Of a DNA stretch of 64,000 bases, positions 12,140 to 22,513 are shown piece after piece. The stretch is taken from contig JAUPSS010000007.1 of the NCBI GenBank assembly GCA_040285825.1, positions 62,001 to 126,000 of the forward strand, written 5' to 3'. Below the pieces are notes generated by a model. That model did no database searches. It was not told where the DNA came from and saw only the letters and a program-made list of their open reading frames with translations. The DNA is from Eukaryota sp. TZLM1-RC (taxonomy: Eukaryota > Protista > Metamonada: BaSk clade). Numbering within the stretch: the stretch's first letter is position 1; each line of letters starts with the position of its first letter. The position numbers were made by a program, and so were the translations under genes.

Positions 12140-13010
12140 TAATTTATTGAACTTGCACATTTAACAAAATAAACTCAGACCTAATGGGACGAAATTCTTT
12201 GAACCAAAATATTCTCTACAAAATCTTGATCTGCTTGCTGTCTAGCTAAAGCTTCTCTTATTCGATTGAAAAACCGTGGCAATCTATTAATAATGGTAAA
12301 TTGAATTCGAAAGCGCCATAAAAATATATCAAATTTTTTCATTGTTTTTTCTTGAACCATTTTTTCGAAATCATTCAAAAAAGTTCCTGCTTCTACTGAT
12401 AGTCTTCCGTTTATAGAAAATGGGAAAGCAATAAAAACAAATGGTCTATTTCTATCAGCATTAACTTCTTCGATATCTCTGTCATATTTTCTATGTTTTT
12501 CTTTGGCCTTAAATTCAAGAGCACTCACAGGATTAAGTTTTCATCTGTGAACCAAGGTGTCATTAGCAACATTAAATGAGACAAAGTCAACGATAGCTTC
12601 AGAGTTATCAATCCAATCACAGTATACATCACCTGTATCATCAGAACCAAAATTATTCAGAGAAAGTGTTTCCTTCAGCAGGGACTCTTTGATACAAGAA
12701 ATTCTTGCAGTTTGTGCGATATTGAAAACAGTGTCTCTAACAGCATGAAGTAATGATAAACGATAAGTTATCAATTTCGAACAGTATCTGAGCATATCGC
12801 AAAGTGAGTTGAGGTGAATTCGAACAATTACATTTTTCTTTTGGTAATAATTGATTAATGGGGATATTCAAATAAAATCTCATTTTTGTTACAAACGCTT
12901 CATTAGTAGCACACAGTCCAAATCTTTGTAATATAATGGTCACAAACAGTGAAGAATCTGATGACTGGTTTTCACAAACACCCTTTTCCAATAACAATGA
13001 GTGAAGATCT
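12140..13010 (-). mobile_element. RLE non-LTR retrotransposon family 1, 5'-truncated and frameshifted copy
   Basis: LLEKGVCEN..HAVRD..GDVY..KHRKY..FPFSINGRLS, matching the other copies; 3' UTR CGTCCCATTAG..AATAAA. Confidence 0.9.
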
Positions 13011-13014
13011 TTTT

Positions 13015-13240
13015 TTGTAATTTATTTATTAAAAACCTATAAATCAACATCTAAATAATCCATCTCTCCCAAAACAAAAACACTAGATGCAACTCTCTCA
13101 TAATGAGATTCAAGAGAGAGCAAAGCATCAGAAACCAAATTCAACATCCCCTTAAAAATAGAAAACACATTTCTACTTTGCCAAAACAATCTGTTGAAGT
13201 TGCTGCCAGTTCTTCTCATCGAATTTAAAGTCAACAAAGT
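13015..13240 (-). mobile_element. 3' end of a second RLE retroelement family (also at 37260-37440)
   Basis: FNRLFWQSRNVFSIFKG resembles the family 1 C-terminus FDIFLWRSRIQFAI; followed by AATAAA and an A-run. Diverged copy at 37260-37440. Confidence 0.6.
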
Positions 13241-15003
13241 TAAGGTATTTTAAATAACTATCTATTCTTACAATCATTCTGTTTAATCACAATCACACAT
13301 TGTGACTTAATTGAATTCAAAGACAATACAGTCGACTTTTTGCAATAACATAATAATGACGATAACCAGCATCTATAGTTGTAGAACTTATGTGCAATTG
13401 GCAAGTCAACATACTTAATTTCAATACTGTCCGTTTTTCAGGATCATCAAAAGTATAAAATTTTTGCAATTTTACCTTCTACAATATTCCATGGAACATT
13501 CTGACGCAACTGTCCATTCTAAAGAAAAAGAAAGAAAAGTGTGATGCACTTCAGATGCTCGAAGAGCCCATTGTAGAACGTTATAATGAATGTTTTGAAA
13601 TTGATTTAAGAGAAACATTTGAGGAAGAAGTACAAGACGAATTCATTTTGAACGATCAGCTGCATTGTTTATCTCCAACACTGGTTGACGAGTTGGATAT
13701 GGAGTGGAATACATCCAAAATGGTTGATAAGGTTCGTAGAAGAAGTAGCTTTTTGCGACAAACGGCTTAATGTCCTGTTATCACTCAAATAGAAGAAAAA
13801 AACCGAAACATAAAGACATAATAAATACTTTCATACATTGTGATTGATCTCCTGATAATGTTTGAACCTCAGTTAATGTTAAGGACCAACACAATCCAAA
13901 AAACTGAATCATCAAGCACTTAAACTGAACAAAAAAGAAACTACAAAATAGAGTTTTGTGGTAGAATCAAAGCATAACAACATACATTGTTGCTTAACCC
14001 ATTTCAAAATCTTCATCAAAAAAGTCTTCTAGCATCAGCTAGTTTAAAAAAAAGATATTGATACTGCCTTTTTTTACGAACTGCTGACCTTGGTAAACTC
14101 CTCAAAAGATTGACAATAATTGTTGATGAACTTTTCAACAAGAAAAACTTCTCCTCGACAGAGACTGAGTGAAAGGCGCTGTTATCGGATTGTTTTCAGT
14201 TGTCATGTCTTGAGGGACAGTCAGTTCAAATACAAGCTGCACAATTTGTGGAATTGTATTTGAATAATTAGATTATAATTTTGATAAAAAAAGCTTTTGT
14301 TCATCTTTTAATATAACTAACAGATCTCCTTTTCACAGTCTAATTTTTGAAATCTTCTCAATAGTGGAATTTTTATATTTTGTAACACATAATCAATCTG
14401 ATTACTCCAAATGTGGTCATTGTTGAAACAATAAAATTAAACAAAATTAAACTAGTACAAAATACAAAAAAATATTTATTACTTACAATCTACAACTGAG
14501 GATTTACCACTCTTAGCTCAGGTCCATATATCAGATAAAAAAACCACAGGAACTTGCTTTGATATCACTGGATCTTTGTAATTCAGAAGTAGCTCAATTA
14601 TTAAGTATATCGATAACTATTTTTTACCTTTCCTTAATTGCCAAATAAAATAATTCAATTATAAGTCTTGACATTCTTGCACCTACAATAGTACAACAAC
14701 CAATTGACTCAACAAAGTAACAAAAGATTGATGACACTGACGAAACAATGCCCAGAATAACCTTTTGAAAATGGATACCATATAGTTTTTTTTGAGTTAA
14801 TTCAGTATCAATCAAGTTCTCACCTATTGACTAAATTTGGGCTATTGAATCTTCAAAATTATGTTCATCATCAAAAAAGTTTAAGTGAAGTTTTTCACCA
14901 CTTTCTTCATCTACTTCTGACTCTTCAGTAAATGGTTCAGTTATTCTTCCTGATTTTCTTCCAAGTTTTCAATATTTGATTGATCAATCTCTTTTGTTTT
15001 TTG

Positions 15004-18000
15004 TTATTCAGTATGTCGAGTTGGATGATCTGTCGTTTCAGATGCAGAATCGAGAGATCCCTCCTCAAAGGACCTTCTAAAATCGAATTGAGAAAAACTT
15101 TCCTCATTGTCACTAGAGGATGTGGTACCAAAGGCAGGAGCATCAGCTTTCTTGTCATTGGTTGAGGGGGCAGTTACTCCAAAACCTGCAAAACTAGAAA
15201 CACTTTCCTCATTGTCAGTAGAGGATGTGGTACCAAAGGCAGGAGCATCAGCTTTCTTGTCATTGGTTGAGGGGGCAGTTACTCCAAAACCTGCAAAACT
15301 AGAAACACTTTCCTTATTGTCAGTAGAGGATGTGGTACCAAAGGCAGGAGCATCAGCTTTCTTGTCATTGGTTGAGGGGGCAGTTACTCCAAAACCTGCA
15401 AAACTAGAAACACTTTCCTCATTGTCAGTAGAGGATGTGGTACCAAAGGCAGGAGCATCAGCTTTCTTGTCATTGGTTGAGGGGGCAGTTACTCCAAAAC
15501 CTGCAAAACTAGAAACACTTTCCTCATTGTCAGTAGAGGATGTGGTACCAAAGGCAGGAGCATCAGCTTTCTTGTCATTGGTTGAGGGGGCAGTTACTCC
15601 AAAACCTGCAAAACTAGAAACACTTTCCTTATTGTCAGTAGAGGATGTGGTACCAAAGGCAGGAGCATCAGCTTTCTTGTCATTGGTTGAGGGGGCAGTT
15701 ACTCCAAAACCTGCAAAACTAGAAACACTTTCCTCATTGTCACTAGAGGATGTGGTACCAAACGCAGGAGCATCAGCTTTCTTGTCATTGGTTGAGGGGG
15801 CAGTTACTCCAAAACCTGCAAAACTAGAAACACTTTCCTTATTGTCACTAGAGGATGTGGTACCAAAGGCAGGAGCATCAGCTTTCTTGTCATTGGTTGA
15901 GGGGGCAGTTACTCCAAGACCTGCAAAACTAGAAACACTTTCCTTATTGTCAGTAGAGGATGTGGTACCAAACGCAGGAGCATGAGCTTTCTTGTCATTG
16001 GTTGAGGGGGTAGTTACTCCAAAACCTGGAAAACTAGAAACACTTTCCTTATTGTCACTAGAGGATGTGGTACCAAAGGCAGGAGCATCAGCTTTCTTGT
16101 CATTGGTTGAGGGGGCAGTTACTCCAAAACCTGCAAAACTAGAAACACTTTCCTTATTGTCACTAGAGGATGTGGTACCAAAGGCAGGAGCATCAGCTTT
16201 CTTGTCATTGGTTGAGGGGGCAGTTACTCCAAAACCTGCAAAACTAGAAACACTTTCCTTATTGTCACTAGAGGATGTGGTACCAAAAGGAGAGACAGAT
16301 AGTTGGAAGGGGTTCGAAAACGAGAAAAATGACTTGGATTCGCTACTGACAAATGGTAAAGCACCAAAAGGGTTAGTTTTGATAGATTCAATTTGATTGG
16401 AATTGTACTTGGACTCTCTACCCAATAACTGTAGACATAGTTGGCCAATAGTATCCACTGAACAATTCTTAACAATAACCTTTTCCAACCATTCTTCCTT
16501 GTTTTTATTGACTGAATAATTAATAAGCTTGTAATCATTGAATCTCACTTCATCAATGCTGAGATGCCTGTACTGGTCCATGGCTGAAATGGATTGAACT
16601 TTCCCCTCAGAGTCCATTGCTGGTGTGAAAGGTGAACAACTGGGAGGAATATCGTTTTCAGACCAAATATTTGTCTTGTTGTTATTAATTAAATTGGACA
16701 GACTTAAATTTAGTAATAAATCAGTTGAAATAGTAAAAATATCTGGAAGTGAATTAAATTCATAATGATCTATAGCTTTACCTAATAACCAAGAATTTGA
16801 ATATTTGATTGAATAATTAATGAGAGAAACGAATTGATCTTCGTCCAAGGTGTTGAATTCTATTTTTGGATGGGCTGATTCAAATTCATTACTAGAAAAA
16901 AGAGGAGAACCAAATGGACTTGAGTCGAGATTGAAAAGAAAAACAAGATCATTGGTGCTAATCAATTTGGAATTATTAACAAAATTAAGAACCAATTTCT
17001 TTTTTAATTCTTCATCAATGAAAAGAGGAAGAAATTCTTTTAATTGTTCAATTGAAGGAAGATATTCTGGGTCAACTTGCACCATAAAAAGAACTAATTG
17101 AGCTCTTTTCGAAATATTCAGCGCGTTAACATCAATTATTTCTTTTCCCAGTATTTCTCTTAAAAGATTTATTTGAAAACAACTCGATTTCGATTCCAAA
17201 TCATTAAGGCAAGTGTTTAGAATTGTTTTGAATTTTTGAAGAGAATCAATAGCTCTAGATATACTTTCTTCTGCTTTAACCTTGACATTTTCATCAAAAT
17301 TGATTGATTCTTCAATAACATTGCAGGAATCGATTTGTTGAATTTTTGACTGTGACTGCCAAATCAAATCACCAATCAAATCACACATAATTGATTGGTT
17401 TCCTTCAATAGTTTCCTTTACCAAATTCAACACTTTACCACCATATTCAACCAAAGGGACACTAACAGTAGTTAAACCAGTTTGAAGTTCATTGGCTTGT
17501 TTTGTAAAGATTTCCCTAGCTTTTGTGAATGGAATGAGACAATCTTGATGGAGAGAATGACTATTGTTTTCCGATCGATCGGAATTACAAGAATCGCAAA
17601 GAGCGACCTTGCATTTGGTACAGAAATAACTTAAAGTTTTTCCTTTGTGGTGAGGACATCTCGGAAGGGAAAGTTCTGATCGAAGAGAAATGGGAACAGG
17701 ATGGTGGGATTGGAACACTTTCATTTGGTGAACTTCAGAGGAACAGTCTTGGCAAAAAGAGACATCACAATCCTTGCAGAAGAGGGTAGCATCAGCATCT
17801 TCGCAATTGGGACAAAGTTCGGGTTCGGGTTCGAGTTGGGTTGTGGTAGAGGTCTGATTCATGGCATCGATGGCCTGCTGAATAACGACAGTGATGTGAA
17901 CAGCATCAGACGTAAGGGGTTCCCGACAGACCGGGCATGTAGAGTCGGAGTTCTTGCAGATTAGAAGACATTTATCACTGCAGAAATTATGTCCGCAAGG

Positions 18001-18060
18001 AAGAGTTGTTGGTGATTCGATGGTTTCTAGGCATTGGGGACATTTTTTGAAGTCAGTCAT
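15004..18060 (-). CDS. TRIM-like RING-Bbox1-Bbox2-coiled-coil protein with GLEBS-like motif and FG-repeat tail (1018 aa)
   Basis: RING CPQC..LPCGHNFC..C..CPVC; B-box CPNC..CKDC..CQDC..H..H; B-box2 CPHH..CTKC..CDSC..H..H; helical region; QSISAMDQYRHLSIDEVRFNDY; 35-aa repeats containing AFG and GFG. Confidence 0.9.
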   Translation of the reverse strand: MTDFKKCPQCLETIESPTTLPCGHNFCSDKCLLICKNSDSTCPVCREPLTSDAVHITVVIQQAIDAMNQTSTTTQLEPEPELCPNCEDADATLFCKDCDVSFCQDCSSEVHQMKVFQSHHPVPISLRSELSLPRCPHHKGKTLSYFCTKCKVALCDSCNSDRSENNSHSLHQDCLIPFTKAREIFTKQANELQTGLTTVSVPLVEYGGKVLNLVKETIEGNQSIMCDLIGDLIWQSQSKIQQIDSCNVIEESINFDENVKVKAEESISRAIDSLQKFKTILNTCLNDLESKSSCFQINLLREILGKEIIDVNALNISKRAQLVLFMVQVDPEYLPSIEQLKEFLPLFIDEELKKKLVLNFVNNSKLISTNDLVFLFNLDSSPFGSPLFSSNEFESAHPKIEFNTLDEDQFVSLINYSIKYSNSWLLGKAIDHYEFNSLPDIFTISTDLLLNLSLSNLINNNKTNIWSENDIPPSCSPFTPAMDSEGKVQSISAMDQYRHLSIDEVRFNDYKLINYSVNKNKEEWLEKVIVKNCSVDTIGQLCLQLLGRESKYNSNQIESIKTNPFGALPFVSSESKSFFSFSNPFQLSVSPFGTTSSSDNKESVSSFAGFGVTAPSTNDKKADAPAFGTTSSSDNKESVSSFAGFGVTAPSTNDKKADAPAFGTTSSSDNKESVSSFPGFGVTTPSTNDKKAHAPAFGTTSSTDNKESVSSFAGLGVTAPSTNDKKADAPAFGTTSSSDNKESVSSFAGFGVTAPSTNDKKADAPAFGTTSSSDNEESVSSFAGFGVTAPSTNDKKADAPAFGTTSSTDNKESVSSFAGFGVTAPSTNDKKADAPAFGTTSSTDNEESVSSFAGFGVTAPSTNDKKADAPAFGTTSSTDNEESVSSFAGFGVTAPSTNDKKADAPAFGTTSSTDNKESVSSFAGFGVTAPSTNDKKADAPAFGTTSSTDNEESVSSFAGFGVTAPSTNDKKADAPAFGTTSSSDNEESFSQFDFRRSFEEGSLDSASETTDHPTRHTE
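15097..16287 (-). repeat. Coding tandem repeat, 105-bp unit, about 11.3 copies
   Basis: TGTGGTACCA recurs every 105 nt from 15121 to 16276. Unit encodes AFGTTSS(S/T)DN(K/E)ESVSSFAGFGVTAPSTNDKKADAP. Confidence 0.97.
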
Positions 18061-18099
18061 TGTGAAAAAATTTGTTAAAAGCTCACCTCATGCAATTAC

Positions 18100-18172
18100 C
18101 AAAACTATCTACTACGCAGATATTGTGACCTATCAGTACTTCTCATTCTGGTTTCGGCAATTGCAAACATAT
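18100..18172 (-). promoter_or_regulatory. Upstream element shared by the TRIM-FG gene and the B-box/SPRY-like genes
   Basis: AAAACTATCTACTAC(G/A)CAGATATTG..TTCTGGTTTC(G/T)GCAATTGCAAACATATTA also occurs at 47358-47431 and, inverted, at 28193-28266. In each case it has the same orientation relative to the nearby start codon. Regulatory function is inferred. Confidence 0.5.
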
Positions 18173-18593
18173 TAACGCATGTTAGCTTAGTTCTATTGAA
18201 ACGCTTTGTTAAACCATTGCTAGTGAATTTACATCTTTCACTATTACAAGCTAATAAATTATGAAATGAAGCAACAGGATTCTATTCTCTCTTGGGTGAT
18301 TCTTTATATTATTTTATACAGACAAAATGAGGATCTCACATATTGACATTTGCTTTCCAAAAAAAAATTATGGCGGCCAAACTTGCCAATGTGATGTGAA
18401 TTTAAAAAAATAGATTTTTTTCTGAAATTTATTCATAAATTCTTCAGTTTCACTCTGCAAAAGATTTGGACCTTGTTTCCATATTTTGTCACTAAACAAC
18501 CTTACTAGGTTTTATAGAAAAAAAAATAACTTTATTGCAATCTAAAGAATCTGTTTGTTTTAATTTTAAACAATTATCACGGGTAACCTATCC

Positions 18594-18710
18594 ACTCGTG
18601 TATTTTCCTCTTTGGGATTGTTGAGAATACCTAGCTGGAATATTTTCCAATTTATAACATGTTAAATTGTAGCCAAAACACACCAATGGAGCTTTGTAAT
18701 GAACGATTAG
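18594..18710 (+). repeat. Dispersed ~120-bp repeat (also 29910-30028, and inverted at ~45595-45713)
   Basis: Shared TTGTTGAGAATACC..TTTATAACATG..AAATTGTAGCCAAAACACACCAATGGAGC. Confidence 0.8.
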
Positions 18711-19175
18711 TTGAAACCTTGGTGTTATCGAAAAAATCACCAAAAGCGGTTCTTGTTGTCATGTTTTCTTTGCAATTTCTTTGCAGTTGATTCAATTTAA
18801 AATTATTTATACAATTAAATGTGGTAAGCTCTACTGATCCCCTTGCGTGTCATTGAATTTTTTGAATTTCCACCTTAGAACTAAATCAATTTGACACTCT
18901 CAGAAAATTCCACAAACCAAAAGGGATTATGGTGGTAAATTATCAGTCAAAACATAACATCTTTTGAATGACATTTTTGATTTAATTTTTTGATGAAACA
19001 CTTCAGCAAAACCAAACTCTGTGTTTGTTGTCAAATATTTGATAATATCATCCAATACGGGGTAGGGTGTAGTTTTAGTTCATGGTTTAAGTACAAAAAT
19101 TTCCTTTTTTTTGAAATAAAAGGGATTCTTTCAACAATGAAAAATGATATGATAGATTGATTTCAGGTCAATTCC

Positions 19176-19276
19176 AAATCATCATTGAAATTACAAGACT
19201 CTTCCTTGACCACTGTTGACTGGGTTGACGATAGTTTAAATGTAGAACCATATTGTGTGGCCAACTTTGCCACATC
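19176..19276 (-). pseudogene. 101-bp orphan copy of part of the kinase coding sequence (42777-42877)
   Basis: Reverse complement matches the kinase segment DAAKLATQYGSTFELSSTQSTVVKEESCNFNDD with a few substitutions. Confidence 0.9.
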
Positions 19277-19560
19277 CTACTAGCTTGATTTAGGTGAAAT
19301 CTTCATTAATTTAAGAAATATCTTTGTTTTAAAATAAACATATTGAATGGTCTTCGCAAAATTTTATTTAATTTGTATTATTGTGTATTAATTCAAATCA
19401 AGCAAAAATAACCTAAAATCAACGTAAACCTACCAACAATCAAAAGAAATGCAAACATTAACATAAAACTGATTAAAAAACCAATAAATAAACTCAAGCA
19501 ACTAATAAAAGACTACCTAAGTAAACAAAAATATACATACGTGTCACTCTAATCAAACCT

Positions 19561-20571
19561 TCAATCAAAATCTAATACGCCAGTGAACCTTGACCCTATT
19601 CCACCAAGATCAACCAACGTACTACTCTCTAATTGAGCTGCCTCTAAGTTTTGTTTAGCAGTAATAGACACCACTCTTTCGTCAAAGGAAGGACCAACAG
19701 ATTTGCATACATCCAAGGCCAAACCATTCTCAAAGACTAATTTAACCTTCCCAGACTTGAATACTTTCAATTTTCCACAATAACCGGGAGTAACATTGGA
19801 CAAGGAAGAATCAAACAAATGGCCACAGTTACTTGGAAAAGGTTCAAAAGGTTTCGGTGGCCTCTTTCCACTACTTTTAGCCTCAGCTACCTCTCTATCA
19901 GACGCCACCTTCTTCCTTCTTGACTGTACGGGTGTGGTAGGTTGTCCTTTTTTAGCTGCAAATGGGTCCTTGCTTGGTAGGAAAGGTAATGAAGAAGGTA
20001 GTTGTAACATGAATAATCCTGAAATTAATTAAATAAATATAGACAAACCATTGGTGTTCTTCCAATCCTCGGCAGCTTTCTCAAACAACACCCCACAACG
20101 AGGAGCAAGGTGATACACTGGTTTTTCTTGAGGATCAGAAGGGAGAGGTTCAGGGGGAGGAAGAAAAGGAAGTTCTGCTGGCTGGTAGTTTTCTTCAAAT
20201 ACTAATTCCCTTTCGGCATAGTTGTTTAGTAATTCAGGTTTAAGTTCATCTACTGGACTGAATGCGAACGGGACGGAAGCATCGTTGGCTTTGGCAGAGA
20301 AGAAGGTCGCTCCCATTTGCATTTGGGGTTTCTGACGCTTCACCTTAGGGGCGGTGGGTTTAACGTCTTGCTTCCTTTCAAGCTTGCGCTCTATGGATTT
20401 GAGAAGTCCAGGTATAGCTCCAGACACGGAAGGTTCACCTGAGGAGCGAGGACGTGGAGGGGCAAAGGGTACAAATGACTTTTTAGGAGCCCCACCAAGA
20501 GTGGTGTTGGAATTGCGTTGAAGGGAGAGTGAAGGAAGACGGCGTGGTGGAGGTGGTTTGGAAGGATCCAT
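19561..20571 (-). CDS. POLR3D: RNA polymerase III subunit RPC4 (C53), one intron at 20019-20048
   Basis: A 30-nt GTTTGT..TTAATTTCAG intron joins two ORFs into GLFMLQLP..GKLKVFKSGKVKLVF..LDV..LVDLGGI, the Rpc4 C-terminal domain pattern. Confidence 0.85.
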
Positions 20572-20952
20572 CGTTGAGTTGGGGTTGTGGACTAGGGAAG
20601 TATGTGTAAGTTGGAGTTGAGAGGTTGGCAAATTGGGTTTTAAAAACTTTTAATGTTTGTTATTGTCAACAACTATTACTCACCCTACAGATGACCAATT
20701 TGAAATGTGATATGTTACGGAGGTATGATAACATAAGCAAAAATCATTAACTGAGAGCTTGTGTCAAGGACAGCACTATTATAAGTTTTGGCTCAAATTG
20801 CATTGCTCTTTCACTACTAATATCGCATAGCATTCAATTAACAAACTCAGGTGCAAGTTATTATTATTTGCAAGTCAATGGAAGAATTATTGATAGTTCG
20901 TGAGAGGATTATCAGCTGAATTCAAAATATTTTTTGCCTCAAAGCTCAACTC

Positions 20953-22513
20953 TTGAGTTCTACTGGACAACCATCTAAAACCTCTGTTCATCGGCTACAA
21001 AGTCAAGTCGAATGTCTTCAAAAGGAAAATGCGGACTTTAGAATCAGGATCTCTAGTTTAGAACAGCGATTAAACGAACAATCCACTCGTGGAACAACTA
21101 GAAGAAGCAAAGGTCCTGATGCTACAGCAAAATCTAAATCTTTGAAACAGGCACAAAAATCTAAAGATGTTGCAAAAGTTGAACAACCCTTGGTCAAAAA
21201 GAAAAGAAAAGAAGCCACTGGTTCCTCTGTCACGATCCATTCCCAGCCACATCTCATGGACAAATGCCTGACCAGTAGGCAAAGACACAAACAAAAATTG
21301 TTGTCTCAAGATTATATATGCGGATCTATTTCTGATTTAGAAGACCAATATGTTCCCGATGATTATCTGACTGATTCAAGACATGAAATTGTAGTCAATG
21401 GACGTCGCCTTAGATCAATGGAGGCCATTATGATGGACTGGGACAGTTTTTCTCCCCGAAAGACCTGCATCGGTGACGTAGAACAGCCTTCTGGAACAAT
21501 TAACTTTTGTGGTAATGATTGTCAGTGGTGTGGTCATTGTCAGTGTTTGGATACTTTGAGCATTCTCGAATTATATTTCAATAATTGTACACTTGAACAA
21601 GTAGTTTTTATAGATACAATTCATTTGAGAACATAAAACTGAGGGATAAAGTGCAACTTTTGCTAAATATTGCTCTGAATATTTTTGATGTCCTGTGGGT
21701 GGAGGGATGAGACATTGTTGGAACGAATTAGTTAACAATGACGGTCTTTTGAGACGCTTCAAGCAGGAAATTAAAGAATTAGGGGTAAAGTCTAGACCTA
21801 GCACTGGCAAAAGAAGACATACTTGTGGCTATTCTGCAACTTTTCAGCATACTCTTTCCAATAGAGACAAGGAACTTTCATTACTAAAGTCTGAAATTCA
21901 ATCATTACATGGCAAATTTGATGATTTGATTGCTAAAAATAGCGAGTTAGAAGTAGAGAACTCTTTTCTTTTCAGCAAAACAAGATGCTCATTCACAACT
22001 ATGAAAAGAAATTCAGTGAATTTAAAATCAAAAGCAGTCAAGAGCTGGACCAAAAGAACAGTGAAATTGTTGCGTTGAAAAGCAAGGTAAAAGATCTGGA
22101 AGATTTAAAGTCAAAAATTGGTTAATTAAAAGCAGAAAATAAATCACTTTTGGTCCTTTTCTCTGCTCCCATTGCTGCCTCTGTTCCCATTACTGGTAAA
22201 CGGTATGTTTAATCATGTACTAGTTAACTTTAGCCAAATACGAAACATCAACCGTCCCTTTAACAGAGCGGTCCGTTAGTTTTTGATGACTTTGAAAGAA
22301 CAAAAGCGAGAATCTTTTGTTTTCACTTTTCTGCTTACTGAAGCAAAAGTTGAATGTTTGTCAATAGAAAATCCCAAGGACATCATAGATTGGGTAAATA
22401 GTGCAGCAGCTGGCAAGGTAGCCACTGTTAACTGGTCCAACCCAGAAAGCGACATTAATAGGAAAAATTCCATCAAAAGAGATTGGAATAGTTTTGATGA
22501 TGATTCTGAATAA
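20953..22513 (+). pseudogene. Decayed coiled-coil / Cys-cluster gene of unknown family
   Basis: Three consecutive same-strand ORFs separated by stops and frameshifts. A recognisable 31-nt intron remains at 22203-22233 (GTATGT..TTAACTTTAG). Confidence 0.5.

Noticed and set aside
15097-16287. Regular repeat array as a CRISPR array
   Set aside because: No unique spacers; whole 105-bp units repeat in frame inside a eukaryotic ORF, and no cas genes are present.
15107-16396. Plus-strand 292-aa and 134-aa ORFs
   Set aside because: Antisense shadows of the coding repeat.
500-22280. In-frame TAA/TAG in several relics suggesting stop-codon reassignment
   Set aside because: Conserved genes (calnexin, prefoldin-4, CAP, kinase) end at TAG at expected positions, and the relics also carry frameshifts.
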